From the human T2T-CHM13v2.0 reference genome, Homo sapiens: a DNA stretch of 64,000 bases. Position numbers and translations under genes: made by a program. The stretch is taken from NCBI RefSeq assembly GCF_009914755.1, contig NC_060927.1. One strand, 5' to 3'. Shown here one piece after another: positions 54,400 through 64,000 of the stretch. The notes under the pieces are model-generated. The model was not told the DNA's origin and made no database searches. It was given only the letters and a program-made list of their open reading frames with translations. Within the stretch, counting starts at the first letter, position 1. Each line of letters opens with the position of its first letter.

Positions 54400-54886
54400 T
54401 GTGTCATACTGCAAAAATAGCTGCCATTCTTCATCTCTTTCTATACCCTTCCCTTTGCAATGCGATCCCTTCTCTTTGCAGCTTCTCCCATAAAAAGGTA
54501 CATTCTGTTTCTCTAAAACTTGAACCTAGGCTGGACTTATGACTTTCCTTGACAAATAGAATGCAGAGAAGTAACTATGTGTGATTTAGAAGCCTGGCCT
54601 CAGGAGGCCGTGTGGTTTCTACTCTTTCTTTGGGAATGCTGCCAGCCATCATGTGAACAAGCCTGGGCAGTCTGATGGAGAATGGGATACCATGTGGGCC
54701 AGCAAGGAGTCAACCCAGTTTCCCAGGCAAGGCTTCAGACATGTGAAAGAGCTTAGCCAAGATTAGCCAAGCCTGGGCAAATGAGCAGAACCATCTAGAT
54801 GGCCTAGAGATTCTTGAGTCCTAATACAGGATTGTTTTAAACCATTAAGTTTTGAGATGATTTGTTATGCAGAAAAATTGAACTGA
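54400..54886 (+). mobile_element. MLT1H-like MaLR LTR
   Basis: aaatagaatgcagagaagt, catcatgtgaacaagcctggg, ttgttttaaaccattaagttttgagatgatttgttatgcag. Confidence 0.75.
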
Positions 54887-57149
54887 ATTTAGGTTTTACA
54901 AACCCACTAATATACACTATGTTAAATTGATAATTTAGATTCCAGGACGGCAATGACAAGCATGGATAATAATAAATACCAGAGCAGAGATGGGGCTAGA
55001 GGGCAAAGTTCCAGTATGCAAGGATGTTTCTTCAATGTTGCCTTTATCTGATCTCATTGATGGGCAATTCTTTGAGGACTCAGGCTCTTTAGTGGCTTTC
55101 ATAGTATAAAGCTTTTGTAATGTCATTATAATGTCATCAAGTACTTTTCCAGCTCAGGAGGTCTCAAACTCTAGGGCTCCACATTCCTTTTCTAGGAGTT
55201 TTGTCTGTCCTGGGGTATTGTGAAAGATGGGCACACAGGACAAATCAGGTGATGACTGAACTAATCTTGGGGCATTGCTGTTGGATGAGCAATGTTTATG
55301 AGAAGTTTATTGAAAATGTTCTGTTTATACTTCCTATATTACATTAAATTGCATGACTTCAAGGAATTATTTTTCAAAAAATCATTTTTTTTTGTTTCCA
55401 AGTAACTAAAGATGTAAGTAAACGATGAAAAGTCAGTTTAACTTTTGTTAACTCAGCATTTAATCTTGTGCTCATTGGCTTACACATGACAACAAAAGGT
55501 CTTTAATGCTGAGTCTAAAAATAATTTAAACGAACATGATGTTAGTAATTTCTTTCTGGAAATTCCTTTTTTTCACTTAGCAAATTATTTTCTCTCTACA
55601 GAAAGCGAATGCTATATCCAAGGCTTCCTCTCATTTAAAAATTTTGAAGGGAGCTTTTTCCTTAATTAGCTAGAAACATCCAGATTTCATTGGCTTTATC
55701 CAGAGGCTGTAAGTCCTCATCACTAGTCAAACTCAAAATATTCAGAACGGAATTTGGTAAACTCAAGAAGAAGTAATCTCTAGATATTTGAAGATATTTC
55801 TATATTTATATGTTTCTCCTTCAGGAAATTTTAGGACTACATTAATATTTTTTCATCTAAGGTGACCAGCTTTTCCATTTTTTAATAGGATTGTGAAATA
55901 GTCCTTACTTAAGAAGATGTTTGAGATTCAGGAGAGATAAAAACTAGATAGAGAAAAACACTGTTGTGAATCATATGCTTTCGAAAAGGAAAATGTTCAA
56001 ATTATCACAGTGTTACATGCTGTTTGGCTGGTTGGCTGTGCCAAGATGAGATTGGAACTTTGCCTGTCAGATCCCTTGGCTTCACTGAGCAGAGTTTTGT
56101 ACCAATACTGCAGTAAAATTCTTGCTATTTATTTAAGACACAAATCAACATAGAAATATATACTCTAAGCCTAGAGAATCGAGAGAAAACTAGTCTTGAC
56201 ACAAAATTAGTAACACTTAAATTTATTTAATTCAAAGTCCATGTTAAAGCTCCTTCCAGAAAGAGGCGTATAGAGACATTGCCCAGTGATTATTATATGT
56301 CAAGAGTCTGATGCTCAGATTGGGCAAAACCAAGAGCCTCTTTTTCTCTCTACCTCTTTGCTGAATGTCTTCTTAAACTGGCTTATTTTTTCCCAGTATT
56401 ATACATTATAGCTATGTATTATACCTATAAAATTAGATGATCAGGTAATGTAAGGCTTGCCTTTTTGAGGCTGTATTTGTATCCGAAGACAGAGAACAGA
56501 TCATAGAAAGTCTGTTTATCATTGAGTTTATCTCAGGTGGCCACAGAGACATTTTTACGGAAAATGATTATTCTCTATTCCCAAACTTTATTTTGGATTC
56601 TGATCCCAGTCCCCATTCACTGTTTCCCAGGTCTAATAAGTTTCCTTCTAAATTTGCCTTGAACTGATTGGGAATCTGTGAAGCCCACGGAGGTATACTC
56701 AGAACTCAGTGTGATGTGAGAAAGTGCATTTTTCCAGGAAGAAAAGCCAAATCTCTTAGGAGATTCTCACACAAATACATGCTTCTCCTCTGAAGTTGGA
56801 GCACCATCACTTAAATTGGCCATTGTGATTAAAGATGCTCCATTTGCTATGACTTCTTTCCCAGATAAATTGGCATAAATGGCTTAGCTGTCTAACAGCT
56901 TATAATCACCACCCATAACACAGTTATCAAAAAAGTTCTAAACAGTATGGTATGACCCAAACTATAATAGAAGAGTGAATAAAGAGATTCATGTGACCTA
57001 TGGTGGAAATTTTTGAAAGATGTCACACTGAATCTTTATAAGCCCAGTTAAGAGCTAGAACATTTTAGGCATTCTTGACAGTATTATAAACAAATTCTAC
57101 ACAATTTTTAGCTAATAAATGAATTTATCATCTCATTAAAAATAATAGT

Positions 57150-57580
57150 GATAGATGTGTTTAGAATTAGATCAGTGGCTTAACTATGTTAGAGCTCTAG
57201 GTTGGCATCTCCATGATTCTCTTGTTCTACCCTCATGGTTGTAAAATGGCTACCACATCTCCAGGCATAACGTCACATAAATGACTTTAACTAAAGGCAA
57301 ATGTAGGGTGAGAGCCAAAATAGTGAATATGATCTGTCCTCATGTCACTCTCATCTTTTATCAGGGAAGAGAAAAAATCTTTCTGGAACAACTTTCTTTA
57401 CAATCTCCCCAGATAACTATTCTTTATTCCTTAAGGGCCAAAACTTTGACGCATAGCCATTACTAGAAACAGGAGGTCTTGGAAAGTGAGTGACTAGATT
57501 TTTCAGACTTTGCAACAGGAGGTGAGTGATGGTTAAGTGGGTCAGGAATGGCTGCGAGGTAGCAACAATCGTGTCTCTGC
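57150..57580 (-). mobile_element. MLT1J/K-like LTR
   Basis: ccctcatggttgtaaaatggct...ccaggcataacgtcaca. Confidence 0.6.
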
Positions 57581-57584
57581 TATG

Positions 57585-57895
57585 ATTGCCAAAATTTAAA
57601 AAATCAAGAGATTTCATGTGAAAATCTGAATTACACCATCTTTGGAAAAATGAGAAAAATCTGAAAATGCTGGCTGTGCTTGTGTGAAAAAGATAAGCCA
57701 TTGCTCAGTAGCAGTTGCTTTATTAGGATAGGGAAGGAAAATTGATTTTGCCACAGGCCTCATTATTGTCCATTTTCTTCCCAACACTGGGACTCTGTTA
57801 TTTGCCATTCCTCATTGTGTTTGCCTTGTTGTTTTTGTTAGATGAGGGCTCTTTCTTTTGTTCATCATACTTGGTTTTCCACTATAGGTATTTCA
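57585..57895. mobile_element. MER102-like hAT fragment
   Basis: ttgccaaaatttaaaaaatcaagagatttcatgtgaaaatctg. Confidence 0.5.
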
Positions 57896-58699
57896 GATGA
57901 ATTTGTTTGGGTGGTAAGACCAAGAAAACACAACATTCCAGAGTGACTTTTTTGGGTCCCTGTCTATATGTAAAGTTTTGCTTTTAAAGAAGAAAAACCT
58001 AACTTTTAAGCAGATCATCTAGAATCTTAAGCCTTGCAGATCAAGTGAAAGTAATGCATTTGGCTGGAGGTGTCAACTTGTCATGTCCAGCAGGGAAAGT
58101 TAAGGAGGAGAGAAATGAATTTGCATCTCCCAAGATGATCAGATTCGGAGTAAAAATAATACAGCTTTATAAACAAAATAAAACCCAATCAAAATTCCTT
58201 TAAAATGAAGTTACTGAGTTTGTTCATTTGAGAACAGCAAGGGAAAAATATGAAATATTCAGAACATTTAGGGAAAAATATGAAATACAGTGATTTAAGG
58301 GGGACTTTAATGGATTCCCACAGGAAAAATATCATTAAAGAATTTAGAAAACAGCATCATGCAGTTGAGGAGTTTTTTTTTTTTTTTTTTTGCACCATTC
58401 TTAAAATGCCTCCAACTGATTTTCATTTACATTTTGACTCTAGGGACCCAAACATCAAAATTATACCGTTCAATACAGAATGACTCAGAAGCACCAGTGT
58501 TTCCTAACTCTTGAAAGTGAAGAACATACTATATTCTTATATTTTTATATAAACTACATTTTTATATAGGTTAAAAATTCACAAGCATTTATTGAATGGA
58601 TTAGATTACTGCAGTCAGAAAGGTCTTTTTATACACTGCTTCTGTCAAATGTGTTTTTACTCACAAGATTTCAATAGTTTCTTAATTTGTACACGTTAA

Positions 58700-59400
58700 A
58701 TCTTATCTCACCTGCTCAACTCATAAGGTTTGGCTCCACCTAGCTTCTCCCACACTTTCTTCCATTATTTTCTACTAACTCCATTCACTCCTAAAAGATT
58801 CTTTCTTTACTGTTTCAGGTACTCACTGCTTATATTCCCTGTCCCGTGTCACTCTATTTATTTTCTTTGTCTGCAAAGCCAGTCGTTCCACACCCAACTC
58901 TCATCCAGACTAAAACAAATTTTCAAGGTTCATTTTATGACTTGACCTCTCCCAGGATGCTTACCTCATCTTCAACATCATTAATAATCCGTTTTCATTG
59001 AGTTGCAACACTTTATACAGCCTTGTAGAGAACATTATTGCTGTATGGATAGAGATGATATGCTCATCAAGGACAAGGTTAGAACATTTTATTTGTTTTC
59101 TGGCCTTCATGCTGCCCATCATAGCACTGAGTACAAATTGGGGACTCAGTAAATGCTGATGAATAATACTTCCCTGACATCTTCAAGCAGAGTTCAGTGC
59201 TTCCTTTATATCTTGTCCTATGAAGCATTGTTCAGAGCTTCATTAGAGCAGTGGGCTCTATAAATAAATACCTGTTTATAAGACAGTAAGTCCTTGGTGA
59301 TCTGCAACTATATTCTTTTCATCCTCAAGTCTCCAGCCTTTCATGCTGCTGGGCACATAGGCTTTTAATAAGTATTTGTTGACCAAATGTATGCATAATA
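58700..59400 (+). mobile_element. L2 3' fragments
   Basis: Repeated L2 termini (ggactcagtaaatgctgatgaat, gggcacatagg...aataagtatttgttga). Confidence 0.6.
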
Positions 59401-59941
59401 GTTTTTCAGGTTAGAGTAACTAGCAGCACTGAAGACAATTTGATTAATAAAGTGACATCCCTGGTACTGGAAGCTGAGTATGTAGAAATGCATATGAGAC
59501 TGGCAGTTCTACTCTAGGGAGAAAGGAGAAGTTTGCTGAAAAAGGAAGAAGTTTGCTGAAAAAGGGAGAATTTGTTAGGATAGATAATATATTTGGAATA
59601 GTTTCCTTGTAAGAGTTTCTAGGCGTGGTCTTGTAAGGTTGGGAGTATTTTGCAGGTTGGGTTTTTTTTTTGTAGGGGTAATGAATAAATTAGACACTCA
59701 TGGCTTGGTTTAAACAATGCTTAGAAATGTAGTCATGATCATGATGGAGAGGTTATTGAATTTTTACCTTCTTATAACCATAAGGCAGAGGGTGGAATTA
59801 GGGGGTGTTTGGGAGGAGGTTATATAGAAAAAATACTTGAGACTATAAGAGAAAAAGCTGAGTGATGGATAAAGGGATAAAAAGAATACACTGAGCCTCT
59901 TATCTGCTGTGGTGTTCTTAAAGCAGATAAACTGAGAATGG

Positions 59942-59960
59942 TGGCGCCCCCTAGCTGTCC
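59942..59960 (-). promoter_or_regulatory. Strong candidate CTCF motif
   Basis: Reverse complement GGACAGCTAGGGGGCGCCA; CpG retained in unique AT-rich DNA. Confidence 0.7.
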
Positions 59961-60049
59961 ACGTACATCCACTCTATCCTTAAATAGTGATTGGATTTTT
60001 GGCAGCGCATATGGACAGGCTAAATTCCTAGTGTGTCCGTGGAACTAAA

Positions 60050-60350
60050 TTCATATGATGTGTGCCACCTTTGGATCAGGACTTTTAGGAATGTGTGTGT
60101 GCCTCCTCCACACTCTCTTAATCTTTATGCCAGCTGGATTTAGAGGTTGATGAGATCTTAAGGGATTCTGGAGCCACAAGATAGAAAGAATCTTGATTCC
60201 TGAATCACTACATGGAAGAGCATCACAGTCAATCGAGAACACCTATGTTGAACTGTTCTGTGAACCAAAAAAACCCTTCAATTTTGTTTGTACCGCTTAC
60301 ATTTTTTTAACCCATTTGTCACCACAATTTAGCCTAACCTAATGAATGCA
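60050..60350 (+). mobile_element. MLT1J-like LTR fragment
   Basis: tggagccacaagatagaaagaatcttgattcctgaatcactacatggaagag. Confidence 0.65.
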
Positions 60351-60643
60351 CCAGATGTTTTTGCATTGACACAGCCTTTTCGGTCCTTTATATTTGCACT
60401 GCCACAAGATAAAATCCTGTGGTTGCTTTGTTGGGTTGGTTTGGGTAACTAGCAACTGGGGCAGGCTGCTTCCGGGTTACTTGCAATAAACAAAGAAGAG
60501 TGAAGTCTCTAAAGTGACGTGTAGGGGAATGAGTTGAATGAGGCTTTATCAACAAAGATATTGGTACTGTTGTTAGCCTGAGGCCTAGTGATATAATCTA
60601 TGTTTTCAAGAAGTTTATGGTACAGTTGAAAAAGTGTGTCATT

Positions 60644-60935
60644 GGTGGGGCACCATGGCTTACGCCTATAATGTCAGCATTTTGGGAGGCTGAGGCAGGA
60701 GGATCGCTTGAGCTCAGGAGTTCAGGAGCAGCTTGGGCAACATGGGGAGACTTCATCTCTAGAAAAATAAAAAAAAACTAGCTAGGCATGTTGACCTCTG
60801 CCTATTGTCCTAGCTACCCAGGGGGCTGAGACAGGAAAACCACTTGAACCAGGAAGTTGAGGCTGCAGTAAGCTGTGATCGTGCTATTGCACTCCAGCCT
60901 GGGTGACAGAGTGAGAACTTGTCTCATAAAAAAAA
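60644..60935 (+). mobile_element. AluJ
   Basis: ggaggatcgcttgagctcagg, gaggctgcagtaagctgtgatc. Confidence 0.9.
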
Positions 60936-61569
60936 GAGTGATGTTTACAAATGCAAAGTATATTAACAGGCCACAAACACATGCCCAATGAATGGGCAAT
61001 ACATGGTCTTGGGGTTGATAAATGTGTCTCCAACACAGGCAGCTGCAGTAAAGAATGGAAACAGCATATGTGGAAGGAGGAACCTGGAGAGAGAGAGGCG
61101 ACTAGAAAATTTTAGCCCTTGGGATTTCACAGAAATTTTCAGGAGGGCTTTGGACTTCCATGGGTTATGGTATGGGGACGTAACATCATATTACCTACAT
61201 CTCAAGGGAACAGGAGACCTCAGCTGATAAGTGCTTTGAATTAGTACCTTCTTATCTGTCCAATCCATCACTGTCACTCATTTATATTCTTAGCATCTAT
61301 CCCAGAGTGAAGCACATAGTAGAAGCACAGTATATTTGTTGAGTAGTCATTGATTGCTTTTACTTTCTAGTTGTGTTTTTAGTATTCCTAAACTATGTTC
61401 CACAGAACTGCAGGATCCTAGAATGTGCTTCAAACTGTTCTTTGAAGCACACCAATGACTTCCAAATCCACAGCTGCATCCTCAAACTCTTCTTGGATTG
61501 TCAGACTTGTGAATTCAACTGCCTACTAATTATGGTCAAAAGGATATCCCATGGGTCCCTCAAAGTCAT

Positions 61570-61870
61570 CACACACAGAAGCTTCAGGCTTGTGTGTCCA
61601 CTTTAGAAACAGTACAGAAGAAGAGAGATTGTTTTGTTCCCAGTGGCCATAAAAACCCTGAAAACAGAAACAGTCCCAAATGTCTAGGGAATTCTGTGCC
61701 TAGGGAAATGGGATAGTCTAATTGGCTCCATTGGGTCATGTGAGCCACTCTGGGGGAAGGCAAGGCAAGACTCCTTGATCAAGAGCCTCATTAGAGGCTG
61801 ATGTGAACTGGGGGAGATGCACTTCCCAGAGGGAAGTAAAATGGGACAGATAAAATAACAAAGGATACTT
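61570..61870 (-). mobile_element. MLT1K/L-like fragment
   Basis: ctaattggctccattgggtcatgtgagccac. Confidence 0.5.
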
Positions 61871-62395
61871 AACGGTAGCAATTCAATAAATATTTGTTAA
61901 ATTGAGTTGCATGTGGATCTTCACAACCAAAATTTTTTTGAACTTTACAAAGATAACTTTTTGGCCTACCTTTCAGTATGAACTTAATTTTGTTGAGCCA
62001 GCTGCTTATCTTTGGTCTAGAAGCTGTTATGCTAAGTTTTAGCTCAGGCTATCTTAGGCAGATTTATAACCTCCTGAGATGCTGACATTATAATGAAAAT
62101 GCTGACAGCCTCCAAGTTTTGCTGACAGGAATGGCACAGCTGTGATAAAACTAGAAGATGAATGGAAATACAGTGCCTCATCCTTGTGGAATTGTCATGG
62201 GTTTACCTGGAAGAGAAACAAGTCCTTAATTAGCCCAGGGGTGGAAGAAAGGCTCTCCAACATTAGAGGCCCAAGTTGGTTTGGATTCAGTTGTCATGGT
62301 ATTTTCCCAGGCCATTTTAAAACATGCCTGAAGGAATTGAGGAATAGAATATCATTTAAAAAAAAATCATTTTGCTTTGGCTTTGTCATCTAAAT

Positions 62396-62611
62396 GAGGG
62401 GTCAGCAAACAAGGACCCATGGGCCAAATGTGACCCACAGTAGGTTATTGTAAATAAAGGTTTAATTAGCACACAGCTATGCCTGTTCATTTAAATATTG
62501 CCTATGGCTACTTTTGCATTATGGCAGAGTTAATTGTGACATAGACAGTTCGCCCACATAGCTTAAAACATTTACTCTCTGGTCCTTTACAGAAAAAGTT
62601 GATAGACCTTG
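62396..62611 (+). mobile_element. MER58A (hAT-Charlie MITE)
   Basis: aggggtcagcaaac...ttgtaaataaagg...tactctctggtcctttacagaaaaagtt. Confidence 0.85.
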
Positions 62612-63416
62612 AATTTAAATAAATTATTTTCAAGAGTTTTCATTGTTTATTTTGTTTCATGATACCATACATTACCTCTTTGCCTTCTACACACATCTTT
62701 CTAATTATGCTTAGAATATGTAGTTGTTTTAAAATACAAAGTAAAGTAGATTTGTTTAGAAATTCCATTATAATTCTTGAGTAACTTGGAGACACCTGGG
62801 ATTTCCAACATTGAAATGATGCCCTAAGTTTTCTAGTAAGAGTGTTGGATAAATTTCAGCAGAGGTGAAACAATCCAAAGAATAATTTTTCAGAGTCATT
62901 ATCTTCCAGGGAACCTAGGGTCAGGCACAAAAGTTGGAAGTATTGCAATCAGACAGATTTGAATCATTTAACATTGTTGAGCTGTTAAGAAAAGTAGATT
63001 AAGGCTCTTCCTTGAAGTTTTATTTTTCTTTGTTCCACATAGAGGTGAAGTGACAAAGAAATTTCACAAATGTTTGTGGGATTCCTATTTTATATTGGAC
63101 ATGATGGGGGTATTTTCACCCAATTTGTATCCCATTTAATTGTAACAATAACTATAGGAACTAGGTGTTGCTCTTTTCATCGTTCAGTTGAAAGACAGAC
63201 ACTCAGAGAGATGAAACAATTTTCCTTGAGAAAAAGTTGTAGTGTTAGAATTTAAATCTAAATTGTCTGCTTCTATCCTATATTCCTAAAAGCGTGGGCT
63301 TAATTTGCAGTGTGATGTCTGAGCTGTGGGTATGATAAGTTGCTACCACATTGTCTCTTTCTTATCATTAGATGTTCATTTTCTTCTCATTAATAGAGAG
63401 GCAGCATAGTATATGC

Positions 63417-63718
63417 AGTGGTTCTCAGTCTATCCTAGAATATTTGAAATCAAAACTATTTTCATAATAATATTAGGACATTACTTGTCTTTGACTGTCA
63501 TTACCTCATGCATGCACAGTGGAGTTTTTTGGAGGTTACATGAAGTGGTGACATCATTCCTCTGATGCCTAATGGTTGTATAATCTTAAGTTTTTCTCTT
63601 TTAATGTTAATATTGTAAATATTGATAAACATAATCTACATAAATAAAAAAAAATTTCAAGTTCTGAATAACTTTTAAGAGCATAGAAGGGTTCTCACCA
63701 AAGTGTTGGGAAACCATG
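63417..63718. mobile_element. hAT-Charlie MITE (MER106/MER119-like) inserted in a MIR (63395-63416 and 63720-63940)
   Basis: cagtggttctc terminus, tcaaaactattttcataataata, gtgttgggaaaccatg; MIR halves on both sides. Confidence 0.65.
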
Positions 63719-64000
63719 GTGAAGTGATTAAGATAATGTCCCTTACTCACCTCCCCAAGCCAGACCTCCTGGATTTAAAACTAGTTTCTATCATTCATTG
63801 ACTTGGGCAAGTTTTTTTTTTTTTTATCTCAGCAGTCGTTGGTTTCTCATCTCTGACATAAGAACAACACTAATATCTATTTTACAAGATTGCTTAAATA
63901 CATTCATATTTAATATTTATAAGTCTTTGTTAAATAAAACAATAATGACTTCAGTTTCAGAAGCTTTGAGACTATGTTCAACTTTTCAAGTGTAGTCCCC

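Overview
Non-coding hominoid (most likely human) genomic DNA, AT-rich and CpG-depleted, roughly half covered by recognisable interspersed repeats. No protein-coding gene, RNA gene or CRISPR array can be supported; the listed ORFs trace to Alu, LTR, L1, L2 or microsatellite sequence, or are chance AT-rich ORFs. The most structured part is the first 12.6 kb. It holds an intact LTR12C (ERV9) solo LTR on + with a GAGG target-site duplication (TSD), a deleted MLT1A-type MaLR provirus, and a two-LTR MER34-group ERV1 provirus. That provirus carries nested insertions: a half MADE1, an LTR7up-like HERV-H solo LTR on - facing the LTR12C, a THE1 LTR, a palindromic AT minisatellite, AluJ and AluSp. The rest is a typical mix of Alu, MaLR/ERVL LTR, L1, L2, MIR and hAT fragments, with two good CTCF motifs, several template-switch (hairpin plus duplication) scars and a few candidate non-coding exons. 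Repeat subfamily names come from recalled consensus sequences and need RepeatMasker/Dfam confirmation. I found no evidence of a new biological system; the best leads are regulatory (convergent LTR12C/LTR7 promoters, CTCF sites).
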